Shown here: positions 14,288-28,416 of the stretch, one piece after another
Layout of the letters: every line of letters begins with the position of its first letter
Position numbering within the stretch: position 1 is the stretch's first letter
Assembly: GCA_951406725.2 (NCBI GenBank)
Contig: OX597819.1
Span: 102,300,001-102,364,000, forward strand
From: Octopus vulgaris
Lineage: Eukaryota
Reading direction: 5' to 3'
Length of the DNA stretch: 64,000 nucleotides
Program-made: the position numbers and the translations under genes
Notes under the pieces: model-generated
What the model was told of the DNA's origin: nothing
Seen by the model: only the letters and a program-made list of their open reading frames with translations
Databases searched by the model: none

Positions 14288-14290
<3 letters not shown>
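14090..14290 (+). repeat. Interspersed repeat (probable pLTR-like unit) ending in (TA)n
   Basis: atcagccgaaattgcgaggatgatcc.gttcttgactgaaga...cttgtcccattttgtat is near-identical to 55018-55132. Confidence 0.7.
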
Positions 14291-14348
<58 letters not shown>

Positions 14349-14551
14349 CATGTATGTATGTATGTATGTATAGTAAATAAAAAATAATAAACGAAGAACA
14401 AACAAAAGAAAGAAGAGCAACGTGGGTACGTGGTACATGCAAAGTATTAGCAAACGCTTAAGAAGGGAGAGAAAAGTGGTTTTACCTTTCGAGCAAACAT
14501 TGTAAGGCAGTCCTCTAGAATGGCCGCAGTGAAGACAGACGGAAATAACTA

Positions 14552-14582
<31 letters not shown>

Positions 14583-14617
14583 TACATGTGTATGTGTGTA
14601 TGTATATATATGTATTG

Positions 14618-14973
14618 TGGGACTCAGTCGGTTACAACGACGAGGGTCGCAATTGATCCGCCTGCTCTTGAAATTAACGTGCAATTGGCTGAAAACTCTA
14701 CTGACCCACGTACCCTTAACTTAGTTCTCTGGGAGACTCAGCGTGACACACTGTCTGAAAAGGTTGGCCCGTTGAAATACAAGTACAACAGAAGCATGAA
14801 GAAAGAGTGAGAGAAAGTAGTGGAGAAAGAAAGCAGCAGGATTTACCACCTGCCCCTGCCGAAGTCTCTTGGAGCTTTAGGTGTTTTCGTTGAATAAACA
14901 CTCACAACGCCCGTTCTGGAAATCGAAACCGCGACCGTGAGTTCACTGCCTGAACCACTGGGCCATTGCGCCT
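14618..14973 (-). mobile_element. tRNA-derived SINE (family C variant)
   Basis: Minus head gaggcgcaatggcccagtggtt...ggtttcgatttcc; tail shared with 5470-5620 (gaaattaacgtgcaa.tggctga...cacgt.tacccttaac). Confidence 0.75.
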
Positions 14974-15171
14974 CACACACACACACACAAATAGTTATCG
15001 CCAAGCTAACGTGGCAGTCCAGAAAAATAGGACGAATGCTGCCATTGATTAGCTCCAAGAAGCCATCGCCTCTAGCTAGCTATGTGACACACGAACCTGT
15101 GTTCCAAATGTAGCTCATCACTACAAACGTTAAGGTATATATAAGTGTAGCATGGGATGTTCTAGCTTTAC

Positions 15172-15225
<54 letters not shown>

Positions 15226-15226
<1 letters not shown>

Positions 15227-15423
15227 GTTAATCCAAACAAGAAAGCACAAAAAAAACACAACAACGCGAGGACGTGGAACAAATATAGTATTATTGTACG
15301 CTCAGGAAAGAAGGAAGGTTTAACGTTTCGAGCGGAGCTCTTCGTCGGAAACATAGGAGAAGGAAAGATCCAGAGAAGGGAGGACAGAGGAAAAAATCGC
15401 CAACGGTACACACGAGGTCACAT
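15226..15423 (-). mobile_element. ~200-bp pLTR-like unit (type 2) with hammerhead-like motif
   Basis: Minus strand gtttCCGACGAagagctccgctcGAAACGTTaaac at 15318-15352. Confidence 0.8.
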
Positions 15424-15443
15424 TTTGAAATATATATATATTC

Positions 15444-15772
15444 TCTTTTTTACTCTTTTACTTGTTTCAGTCATTTGACTGTGGCCATGCTAGAGCACCG
15501 CCTTTAGCCGACGAAATCGACTCCAGGACTTATTCTTTGTAAGCCTAGTACTTATTCTATCGGTCATTTTTGCCGAACCGCTAAGTTACGGGGACGTAAA
15601 CACACCAGCATCGGTTGTCAAACACAGACACACAAACATATACACACACATGCATATTTATAAGTTATAACTATTACGTTAGACATGGCCTGGACCAATC
15701 TTTGGTCGAAACATATCTAAGTTTATATATATATATATATGCATAAACTTAGATACTTAGTATCTAAGTTTA

Positions 15773-15817
<45 letters not shown>

Positions 15818-15821
15818 GTTA

Positions 15822-15862
<41 letters not shown>

Positions 15863-15863
15863 A

Positions 15864-15898
<35 letters not shown>

Positions 15899-16069
15899 TT
15901 AGATACGACGGGCTTCTTTCAGTTTCCGTCTACCAAATCCACTCACATGGCTTTGGTCGGCCCGAGGCTATAGTATAAGAAACTTACTCAAGGTGCCACG
16001 CAGTGGGAATGAACCCGGAACCATGTGGTTGGTGAGCAAGCTTCTTACCACACAGCCACTCCTGCACCT
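15444..16069 (-). mobile_element. SINE family A with expanded internal AT-rich block
   Basis: Head aggtgcaggagtggctgtgtggtaagaagcttgctcaccaaccacatggttccgggttcattcccactgcgtggcaccttgagtaag; canonical tail. Confidence 0.9.
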
Positions 16070-17024
16070 ATATATATATATAGATTCATTTGTATGCTTT
16101 TATTTTTAATTTGCAAATATTAGACTAATGTTTTTTCATGCGGAACTACATTTCATCAAAAACTCCTCTCCAAAATTGAACGTCTGAAATAAAAGGGGAG
16201 ACAGTACATTTTGCATTCTAAATATAACTCAAAGAGGAGAAAAAGAAAGAAAGAGGAAAAAAAGAAGCAAAGAGGCAGCAAAAAGACTTTCAGTGGTGAC
16301 CACAGCGCACCTGTGTGCTTTTGTTGTTGTTGTTGTTTTAAGAGGTTACCATCCTTAAACCCATTCCAATAGAAAGGTAAATGGCTAAATAAATTAATGA
16401 ATAGAGAATTTCCTATTCACTATTCATTAATTTATTTAACCATTTACCATTCTCTCTCTCTCCTTCTCTCTACCTATCTGTCAATTTGTTTGTCTATCTC
16501 TCTCTCTATATATATATGCCTGTCTATCAATCTATCCATCTATCTATCAGCCTATATACCTTCCTATATTTCTATCTATCCATCTCCATTGTCAGTGGAA
16601 CCTCACCCAAGAAAACAAAAGCAATGTTCTCTTCTTCTAAACAAAACCCCCAATAAACATCTGTTTTATATAAATGAACAAGCTGCTTGTACATTCACGA
16701 AAGTTTATTTGACAAGTTCTAGAAACGAGCGAAAGCGCTAATAATAATGAAAAATTCAAAACAAAAATTTTTCCAATATTCTGACGAGCTTTTTTTCTCA
16801 ATATTCAATTTCCTAACACTCTATACACATACACACACACGCACACACACACATCTATTTGATATTGTTACCAAAAATATAGCACAGACGAATCCTAAAC
16901 TAATTCATATAGGATCAAAGACCAATGTCAAACAGTTTTCTTGCTATTCCAGTCCAACCTATGGAACCAGGTACTTAGCAGCCAATGAGTCTCAGAATGC
17001 AAAGGCACTGAACTAACTAATATA

Positions 17025-17521
<497 letters not shown>

Positions 17522-17673
17522 AGTAAGAATTTCTAATATAAAGGGCCGCTTTATGCGGCTTTAGTTTCAATCGAGTGCATCGGAATCAATGCTTTACATG
17601 TACTTATTTAATCAGTGTTAAGTTAGCTGAGTATTCAATAGAATGCTTTACAGCATACTAAGCGTGGTTCAAT

Positions 17674-17676
<3 letters not shown>

Positions 17677-17744
<68 letters not shown>

Positions 17745-17752
17745 ATAGAAGA

Positions 17753-17829
<77 letters not shown>
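17677..17829. repeat. (AGT)n/(AGC)n compound microsatellite
   Basis: Directly visible. Confidence 0.95.
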
Positions 17830-17834
17830 GATCT

Positions 17835-18005
17835 AATATTGGCTTGAAATTTGGCGCAAAGCTAACAATTTCAGGGGAAGGCTTAAATCGTCTACATGGA
17901 CACCAGTGCGAAGCTGTTATTTATTTTATCGATCTTGAAAAGATGAACGGCCATGTTGAACCCGGCGGAATTTGAACTGAGAACGTAAAGACAGGCGAAA
18001 TACCG
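17835..18005 (-). mobile_element. SINE family B, degenerate
   Basis: cggcggaatttgaactgagaacgtaaagacaggcgaaatacc. Confidence 0.7.
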
Positions 18006-18026
18006 TACTCTCTCTCTTTCTTTCTT

Positions 18027-18098
<72 letters not shown>

Positions 18099-18599
18099 TA
18101 GATAGATGTATATATATCTTCCTCTTTCACTATTCATATCCAAGAGACCTCACTCCACGTATCAGGGAAGGCTGCCTCAAGTTATCTTTTGCAAGAAAAA
18201 ACTGTAGCTTATACAATACAAGAGTAAGTTACTTTCCTTCTCTAACGCACTTATGCGATAACTTCTTTTTCCTCATAACGCTGCCAAAATGTTCTTAAGT
18301 ATTTCATACACAAAGTCGTCTACTGAAGTTATGATTGCAAAAATATGAAACTTGTTCACTCAGTTTTCATGGTTACCGTTGTTTGACAAAGCATGTTTGA
18401 TAATTTGTGTGTGTATGTGTATTTTTATTGTTGCTGGTTTTCACGAACATCACTTTGACTTCAGTCGACTATGAAATATTTTGGTGCAAAATTTCCAGTA
18501 TTTCTTTTCCTTTTGGTGCTTAAAAAGTTGTTATCTCGTTACTTTTCACGTATATGAAAGGAGATAGAAAATTATTTGTCTAACAACAGACATTTTTTT

Positions 18600-19290
18600 T
18601 ACATCGATCCCTGTGTTCAGCTGTCAGTTATTTTATCAACCTCCGAAGGATGAAAGCCCATGTCGACTACAGCAGAATTTGAACTCAGAACGTAAAAACT
18701 GACGAAATGCAGCTTCTGGTTTAGGCACAAAGCTAACGATTTTCAAGGAAGAGAAAATGTTTGAGACCATCGACCCCAGAAATAGACGGGTACTTAATTT
18801 TATCTACCCCGGCGGGGCACGGTGAGATGAAAGTCACAGTTGATCTAGATGAGATTAAAACCTTGATGTAAACTACTCGAACAAAAACCGAAAAGCATAT
18901 TTTCCCTCTAATGTCTCTGCAGTGTTTGATCCGGTTCTGAGGTCTAAAGCTTAATTCCTGCCATTATTAGTTGAGCACTCAAGGCGGCGAGCTGGCAGAA
19001 GCGTTACAACTCCTGACGAAATGCTTAGTTGTATTTTGCCCGTCGTTACGTCCTGAGTTCAAATTCCGCTGAAGTTAACTTTGCCTTTCATCCTTTCGGC
19101 CTCGATTAAATAAGTACCAGTTACGCACTGTGGTCGATATAATCGACTAGCCCCCTTTCCCCCAAAATTTTCAAGGCCTTGTGCCTAGAGTAGAAATAAT
19201 TATTAGTTGAGCACTGAGGTCGGTATAACCGACTATTTGCCTCCCTCAAAATTTTAGGCCTTGTTTCTATAGTAGAAAGGATTATTATTA
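18600..19290. mobile_element. Cluster of SINE family B copies (minus partials 18600-18900; plus copy 18981-19290)
   Basis: aaggcggcgagctggcagaagcgtt at 18981; reverse-complement cores at about 18645 and 18825. Confidence 0.75.
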
Positions 19291-19954
19291 TTTCTTTTAT
19301 TGTTCATGAGAGCCTAATATGTTAATGAATATAAGCAGCGCAGATCGACATAGGGGTTCGCTTTCCGTAAAATTTAGCGAAATTATCAGGAAGAATAGAA
19401 AATAGTACGATATTACATAATCATGATCGGTACTGTTTACTCGGTAAAACCAATTAATCTCAGAGACCAGCATGGAATAATCTATTTTCCTTTCTACTTG
19501 CCTCGATATGGAACATGAAAAATACCAAAAGTGCATTGGAAAGGTGTGTGGTTTTCAAGAGCATTAGTTTTGAGATTCAGTGGTCATCAAATAATGCTCT
19601 TATAAAGGCCTAACCAATTAGTAACAAAAGACTTAAATTTTAAAATTGCTGCTTGAATATACACTGTATTTCTATGTATATCGCTGACAGGGTAATCGCT
19701 GCTATATCTAGTCTAGGACGTCTGATACTGACACGGCAAAGAAAGAGCGAAATCACGTAATCTGGCCGTTCCGGTTGGAGGATTATTATTGGGGGATTAT
19801 ATCCAGTGAGCGACATAAGCACTTATTTGCACCATAAGTCTATATGAGAGGCTCTTTCGTGGTAAATAATGCAGTATTTTGTGTTCTAAAACAACATCTA
19901 GATTTAAGTGGAGATAAATATTACCTTTGGGTGTTAATATTAATTCTATCGCGA

Positions 19955-20172
19955 AGAGCTGCGAGTTGCTAGAACCGTTAGCATACTGGGCACAATACAT
20001 AACAGCATTTCGCCTGTCTTCACGTCCGAGTTCAAATTCTGGCACTGTCGACTTTGCTTTTCATCCTTTTGGGGCGATAAAATAAGTACCAGATGACTAC
20101 TGGGGTCAATGTAATCGTCTTACACCCTTCTAGTTAAATAACCGGCCTTGTGCCAAATTTTGAAACCAATAT
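19955..20172 (+). mobile_element. SINE family B
   Basis: gagttcaaattctggcactgtcgactttgcttttcatccttttggggcgataaaataagtaccag...ggccttgtgccaaattttgaaacc. Confidence 0.8.
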
Positions 20173-21051
20173 TACTTCTGTATGTAATGCTAACCCATGT
20201 ACTTATCTTCTTCGCTGCCTTCTATCATTAATCTCCTTTCTTCTTATCTGTTTCTTCCCAGTCTCTCTGGACTTCAGTGTCCGCCGAAGAACCATATTCA
20301 GTAACTTTTTTATTTCTTTGATCGTCTTTCTCACAATATTTACTGTGAACATTCATTAGAATTTCGTTGTTGTTTGTTATTTGTATTTGCTTAGCTTACA
20401 AACCACCATCACATATAGACATACACGCACGCACTTTCTCTCATGCACACACTCTCAATTATATCACGTGATCACGTGATCGACCAGGCTATCAGATGTT
20501 GCTTCACATCGCCAGTCACAATGCGCTTCGCATTGTTTTAGCCTTCATGTATGTATGTATGTTTGTATGTGTGTGTGTGTCTGTGTGCATGTGTGCGTAT
20601 AGGTGTATGTGTGCGTCTGTTTGTGTGAGTCTTGCGTTTGTATGTCCGTACGAGTGTGTGTACGCTCGTGTATAAACATATATATATATAAATACATATA
20701 TACACATATATACATATATACATATAATACACATATATAAATACATATATGTGTGTGTTTATATGTATATACACACACATATATATATATATGTAGAGAG
20801 AGAGAGCAATAAGAAAATGGAGGGGATCAATAGGTGGTATTCATCAACTTTTAGACATTATATAAGTCAATTTATATATTTATTTACTAAGAGGACAATT
20901 ATAACAATATACATACATGTATAACATCATACTTTACATATATAATATATAAAGATATCAATAATTATTACACGCACACACACACGCACACTTACATATA
21001 TACATATACACATTTATATTTATATATATGTGTATATGTGTGTGTTTATTC

Positions 21052-21082
<31 letters not shown>

Positions 21083-21436
21083 TATATATATGTGTGTGTG
21101 TGTGTGTGTCTGTGTGTGAGTGAGTGTGTATGTGTGTGTAACATTTATTTGAGGGAATATTAAACCTAACTTAGAGGGAAAAAAATTCAATTTAGAAATA
21201 CTAAATCAAATTCCACACAATATAATATATATATATATAAAAAAATTTAAAACACCTTTTACGTATATGATTGGTAGAATACCAATTATATACGTTTTTA
21301 TTATTTTTTTTTCAATTTACTTAATCATTGTTATTTTATTGTTATTTTAATTTTAATATTGTATTATATGTAATTTTCTAGATGGTGTAATTTAATTGAT
21401 CATTTTGAATTGATAAAAGGTGGTTGTTTTTCTAAT

Positions 21437-21467
<31 letters not shown>

Positions 21468-21681
21468 CTTTTACTCTTTACTCTTTTACTTGTTTCAGTC
21501 ATTTGACTGCGGCCATGCTGGAGCACCGCCTTTAGTCGATCAAATCAACCCCGGGACTTATTCTTTGTAAGCCCAGTATTTATTCTATCGGTCTCTTTTG
21601 CCAAACCGCTAAGTGACGGGGACGTAAACACACCAGCATCGGTTGTCAAGCAATGCTAGGGGGCCAAACACAGACACACAA

Positions 21682-21760
<79 letters not shown>

Positions 21761-21925
21761 TACATATATACGACAGGCTTCTTTCAGTTTCCGTCTACCA
21801 AATCCACTCACAAGGCATTGGTCGGCCCGGGGCTATAGCAGAAGACACTTGCCCAAGATGCCACGCAGTGGGACTGAACCAGCAACCATGTGGTTGGTTA
21901 GCAAGCTACTTACCACACAGCCACA
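21468..21925 (-). mobile_element. SINE family A
   Basis: Full head, microsatellite and tail with (TTTTACTC)n end. Confidence 0.9.
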
Positions 21926-21984
21926 CACATATATACCTATATATAAATATATACATACACATATGTATACATACCTATAAATGT

Positions 21985-22310
21985 AAAAGTAAAGATTCCC
22001 TACGCTCACGAATGGCCGTCGTATTGCATCTAGAAAGTTCCCTCCTTAGGTACAATGACCGGACAAGGCTGTTTGTAGAAGATCAGCAGTCGCCCATGCA
22101 TACAATCTTCCCCTCTCCACACCATCGATGATGTCCAAGGTAAAGGCAAAGGACAATGCAGTTTGACACCAGTGACGTAGCAACTCAAGTGCAACGTGAA
22201 ATAAAGTGTCTTGCTCAAGAACATAACACACAGCCCAGGCGGGGAATCGAATTCGCAACCTTACGATCATAAGCTCAATGCTCCAACCACTCAGCCATGC
22301 GCCTTCACAC
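21985..22310 (-). mobile_element. SINE family C
   Basis: gtgaaggcgcatggctgagtggttggagc...gttgcgaattcgattccccg...ttcttgagcaagacactttatttcacg. Confidence 0.85.
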
Positions 22311-22363
22311 ATACCTGTAAATATCCATACATATATGGCTATATGTCTTTATCTGTCTGTCTG

Positions 22364-22448
<85 letters not shown>

Positions 22449-22500
22449 AAATATTAAATTTCTAAATCTCTCGTAGAGATATGTACGGTGGTGGGGCGAT

Positions 22501-22881
<381 letters not shown>

Positions 22882-23837
22882 ATGTGTGTGTGTGCGTGTG
22901 TGCGTGTGTGTTTGTGTATGTATGTATATATATGCCAATAAATTTGTTCTGGTGCGTTACGAGCGGCCTGGTACATGTACTTTATGGGTGGCTTACCACG
23001 TATTTTTTGACACAGATTTTACTCACATAATCCAATTTTCCGCTTACAACTTATTTTATATTCTGTCTATACCTCTTTGTTGTGCTTTCCTCCATCCCCA
23101 CGCTCTTACCCTATCATAAAACTACTATTTTACGTTACGCATTAACAGAACATTCACTAAACAACACGCACACACACGCACACACTCACGCACCACATAC
23201 GTAATTATAAATTCATACATACATACATACATACATACATACATACATACATACATACATACATACATACATACATGTATGTATGTGTCTTATGTGTGTA
23301 ATGAATTAATATCTTTTATTAATTGAGATTATCCGAGCAATTAATGGACATAAACTCTTTCTGGAGGTGTTTAAAGATGAAAACTGCAGGTAAGTGTGAC
23401 ATTCTTAATAAGATCAGTAAAAATGGAAATTTTGGAAAATATCGATAATTGAGATTGCTGTGGATCTTATATCTAATCGCAATGCGTGTAAACAATAGAC
23501 ACGTTTACACCCATTTCGTTGTTGTTACTTTTCAACCTCTTCAGCAAACCGCTGATTTAGGAAACATTCATGAGATTTTAGAAACATTCATGAGAGACTT
23601 CTATACGGGATCATACGTCAGAGGTTTCGTTAGAAAGGACAAGTCTCCTTTTGAGGCTCGGGAGCGAGGTGTTTCCTTTTGAAATTCACGGGATTGTCAC
23701 GGTTTCCTTTTACGGGAAGGCGAAACAAATCGTCACTGATTCTCGTTCAGCTTTCTCAAGATTTCCCCATATATAATGGCCGAACCCCGTTTTCTTTGAC
23801 TCTGCCTGAACGAGACTAGGAAAGTTATACGTATCTC

Positions 23838-24096
23838 TCTTTTTAGTCTTTACTCTTTTACTTGTTTCATTCATTTGACTGCGGCCATGCTGGAGCATCG
23901 CCTTTAGTCGAGCAAATTATCCCCAGAACTTAATTCTTTGTAAGCCTAGTACATATTCTATCGGTCTCTTTTGCCGAACCGCTAAGTTATGGGGACGTAA
24001 ACACACCAGCATCGGTTGTCAAGCGATGTTGAGGGGACAAACACAGACGCACACACATAAACACACACACACACATACACACACACACGCACACAC

Positions 24097-24138
<42 letters not shown>

Positions 24139-24287
24139 GACGGGCTTCTTTCAGTTTCCGTCAACCCAAATCGACTCACAAGATTTTGGTCGGCCCGAGG
24201 CTATAGTAGAAGACACGTAGTGGGAATGAACCCGGAACCATGTGGTTTGTAAGCAAGATACTCACCACACAGCAACTCCTACGCCTA
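23838..24287 (-). mobile_element. SINE family A
   Basis: Head (small internal deletion), microsatellite and tail. Confidence 0.88.
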
Positions 24288-25005
24288 TATATATATATAT
24301 CTTAGCGTGAATTTTGTGGCGCAGTGTATGCGATAAAACAATATGGGTGATGGGGAAATACCTTAGGAGACCATGTTGTGCTGCATCATTTTCATGATCA
24401 TCATTGTCCTCGTCCTCATTGCAGTTGTCATTGCCATCATCGTCGTTGTCATCGTCATCCCCATCTTAGTTCTCCTCCTCTATCTTTTCTCCTTCTACTT
24501 CTCCCCTTCTTCGTTATCATCAATGTCATGTATTGTCTACTCCTAGGAAGTTGCATAACATGGCACCCTCAAATGCTTTTCATTGTTAACTAGTTCGACA
24601 CAGTTTTGTAATGACGGGAAGCCATTTCCAATGATCGTGGCTGTTTTTTTAGATTGAAATTCAAACTCCAAACACAAAAAACCCCGAACATATACTCCAA
24701 GGCGTTCCATCAAGCCTTCTTGCAAATCCATCGATTATCGTCCTAAAAGGTTACTTTTATATCGAGTTAGATTCGTTGGGATAGTGGTGAGAAAACTATT
24801 TATCACCTTATTCAGTCACCGAATAACGTAATAACTAGCTTAATATAATAAATGAATATAACAGATCATCGGAATCTTACATATTCAAAGACTGGGAATT
24901 ATAATTTAGTAGTCAATATTATTTGTATTTGCTCACATTAAAACTATTCTGGTAATCACTTTTGTTTCAAGTATATCTCTCATCAGTTCACATTGTTGTA
25001 TCTCA

Positions 25006-25264
25006 GGAGGGTCATTATGCTTATAATAAACACACGTACTGGTTATATTTCGTTTCTTAATTGTTAATTGGTTAACTATTTAACCAGCTAATTGATTGTA
25101 TGAGTAGTCATTAGTCAATCAATCAGTCTGCTATGTTTCTTGCAATCCTTTCGAATGAATAATCAAACAATTGATTAGGTAGTTGGCTAAATAGTTAACC
25201 AATTAACGAATAATACAGAAGTGCAATATAACCAGTGCGCGTGTTATTGACATAATTACCCTCC
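25006..25264. repeat. Imperfect inverted repeat, ~85-bp arms
   Basis: ggagggtcattatg...gttaattggttaactatttaaccagcta pairs with tagttggctaaatagttaaccaattaac...cataattaccctcc. Confidence 0.85.
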
Positions 25265-25267
25265 CGT

Positions 25268-26189
25268 GATTTAATGAAGCAGGAAATAGTCTCCAAGCCA
25301 AGAAACTTGAAGTGATAAAAGGCGAAACCGACCAACTCGACACCAGAACTCAGTACGAAAAGCATGAAGAAACATTACAAAGCATCTCTTCTAAACGCAG
25401 ATATTCCGCCCCAGTACACCTTCTCCCCGTCTTATGACCTATGCAACTTACGACCATCCGCTCTTTCAACCAGATATAAATAATCGATTATCAGACGTTG
25501 TGCAAAACTTATTCAACACAGGAGTTGAGATCAAAAATATTGCAACCCAAAGAAAAGAAACAAAATCATGTCAGTGTAGTCTTATTTTTCAGTGTAGTTT
25601 TATTGCAATGCAGGTGTGTAGTTTACAAAGAAACAGTGAAAATTTTTAAACGACATTGGCTATAAAGACTGACACTTGTGTTGTACACTTTGAAATACAG
25701 TGTTATTATTACACCTTCTCCTCGACTTACGACTGAGTTGCGTTCCAATTGACAAGTCGTCAGTCGATCTGGTCGTATGTCAGATTTATATTTTTCAACA
25801 ATATATTTATTCAAATGCAACTGATGCTTGAAAGCGAATGAGTGAGGAATAGTGACAGGCAGTGGATGCCTTGGTCTGAGGGAGGCCTGCGTTGCCAGAT
25901 ACTGCCATAGTTATCGTAGCTACACAACGTCTGATAATCGATTATTTATTTATTATTATTTATCTATTTATTTATTTCTGGTTGTAAGTGTGGATGGTGC
26001 TAAGTTGTTGCATAGGTCGTAAGTCGAGGAGAAGGTGTACTGGGGCGTAATATCTGCGTTTAGAAGAGGTGCCTTGTAATGTTTCTTCCTGCTTTTCGTA
26101 CTGAGTTCTGGTGTCGAGTTGGTCGGTTTCGCCTTTTATCACTTCAAGTTTCTTGGTTTGGAGATTGTTCCCTGCTTCAGTAAATTACA
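25268..26189. repeat. Large inverted repeat, ~235/265-bp arms with ~420-bp spacer
   Basis: 25268-25502 is the reverse complement of 25922-26186, including a long identical core (ccaagaaacttgaagtgataaaaggcgaaaccgaccaactcgacaccagaactcagtacgaaaagca). Confidence 0.92.
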
Positions 26190-26840
26190 GAGCTTGTCCC
26201 TAAATCTGAAGACCTTAAAGGGGGCTGTAAATATCTTTACCAAAACAGTGGATAGATTAACAGAAATTTAAAAATTTGACTTGATTCTTATAATAGGAAA
26301 TTGAATTTTTATTTCCTTTTTCCAGTCCAGCCCAAATGTATGTGTGCAGTGAAACGTTAGTTTTTTTTCATACTCCGTTAATAAGGAGGTTAGCATTATT
26401 TGTAGAAGACTATTCTGTTGATTAATGCTGTAAACTATTTTTTGTTAAATATAACTTAGTTTGTTCGCCAATGTGGAGACAAGAATGGGTTGGTTGAAAT
26501 TTATCAAAATCTACAAAATACTTTAAACAATAGAGTCTGTTGGAAAATTTAGCACAGTTAATAAATACGTAAAAATAGAATTTCCTTTCTTTCTTTCTGA
26601 ATTTATTTCTAAATGTACAGAATATTTGAAAGCTATATAAATATAACATGATGAAAAATAATATTTCCACTCCATGCCTACGCAAAACTGAAGGAAACAA
26701 CATAAATCTATATAGCTGTGTATGTATGCATGCATGTATGTGTGTATGCATGTGTGTATGCATGTATGCATGTATGTATTATATATAATTGCGTGTGCAT
26801 GTGTGTGTAAGTATTTGTGTGTCGACGAGGAATGCATAGT

Positions 26841-26987
26841 GAGTTATATCCATATGTTTAATAAATATATATATATTTAGTGTCATAGTAAGTGTAGTCC
26901 CCGAGGTTTAACCACAGGGTGACTTTTTGTAGTGTGGATCATGGGCCAACACTAAATATATATTTATTGAACATATGGAGACTACTC
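26841..26987. repeat. Small MITE-like inverted repeat
   Basis: tccatatgtttaataaatatatatatatttagtgt pairs with acactaaatatatatttattgaacatatgga; the ccatatgtttaataa motif also occurs twice at 11843-11872. Confidence 0.75.
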
Positions 26988-27036
26988 CGCGTACTGAAAT
27001 TATTAATAACTCGCATGTATTATTACACACACATAC

Positions 27037-27067
<31 letters not shown>

Positions 27068-27933
27068 TACACACACACAAGTTGAAACTTCGGTGTCAGT
27101 CAAACTTTTCCTTTTAAAGATAAAATAGAAGTGAATGGACCCCGTTACAAATTATGCTTTGTTTTAAAATAAATAGCTCTTCGTAAAATTAAATGTGTTA
27201 ATATATATGTGTGTTGTGTGTGTGTGTTTGAATATATCTCTCTATATCTCTCTCTATATATATATACTCACACACACACACACATATATACACATACATA
27301 TATATATATATCCATTGTATGCAACAAAAACAGTATTAGATTAAAATAGCCATCCATCCGTCCGTCCATCCATCCATGTATCATATATTTTATCAAATAC
27401 AACATTGATATTCTTCAAGAGATATACGTCTAGACAATATCTCCTACGGACGAGTTCTGTTTCAAAGCATGATATATGGATGAGAGATATGAATATTGTT
27501 AATGTAGTCAGGAAATATACCTAACATGTATACAGCCTATCAACGCAGTATATACGTTAGGTATGTAACATACAAGGCAAATTTAGCTTAATGCCGTGCG
27601 TTATTTTCGTGTATTAATTTTTTAAATTCAAAATGGCGACTATACGCAGTATCAGTGAACGTATTATTCACATTCACTGTTTCGTCTTTCTTAGAGGAGA
27701 CGAATTTTTCTAGGCCTGTGTACATATCATTGTCAAGGTACAAGGATGTGAAAATGCTACTAGGATGTTGTTTGTATCAGTCTGATGTACGGGACAAAAT
27801 CCACAGCATCATGATGGCGGTGTATATATCTCAAATATGCTAAAGAGATGACTGTGTATACATATATGAATATGTATACGTATGAATATATGCATATATA
27901 CATATATATATGTGTATGTGTGTGTGTGTATCT

Positions 27934-28000
<67 letters not shown>

Positions 28001-28084
28001 CGTATATATGAATATATATAAAATTATATAGTTAAGTACACGTATATGCGTATATGTATATACACGAATGTATATAGAAAATTT

Positions 28085-28378
28085 ATAGAAAAACTAAAGA
28101 CGAAGACAGGTGTATGAATAACAAGAAGGTGTATTAGTTTGACGCTCGGGAAAGTAAGAAAGTCTTTAACGTTTCGAGCCTACGCTCTTCAACAGAAAGA
28201 ATTAAGAGAAAATAAACAGAGAGAGAATAAAAAAACAACTTGTGAATTTAGTGATCAAGTATATATACACACATACACACACATTCAAGTAAATATAACG
28301 CAATAGTATGCATGGATCTAAGCATATGCACATATTCCCCGATATATGTGTGAGTGTGTGTGTACGGGCATATACATA

Positions 28379-28416
<38 letters not shown>

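Noticed and set aside
24378-24593. His/Cys-rich ORF resembling a metal-binding peptide
   Set aside because: It derives from a degenerate (CAT/CGT/CCT)n trinucleotide tract with a GTG start and no splice or homology support.
25975-26185. ~70-codon open frame (FTEAGNNLQTKK...) in the inverted-repeat arm
   Set aside because: No start codon, preceded by a stop, and no recognisable domain.
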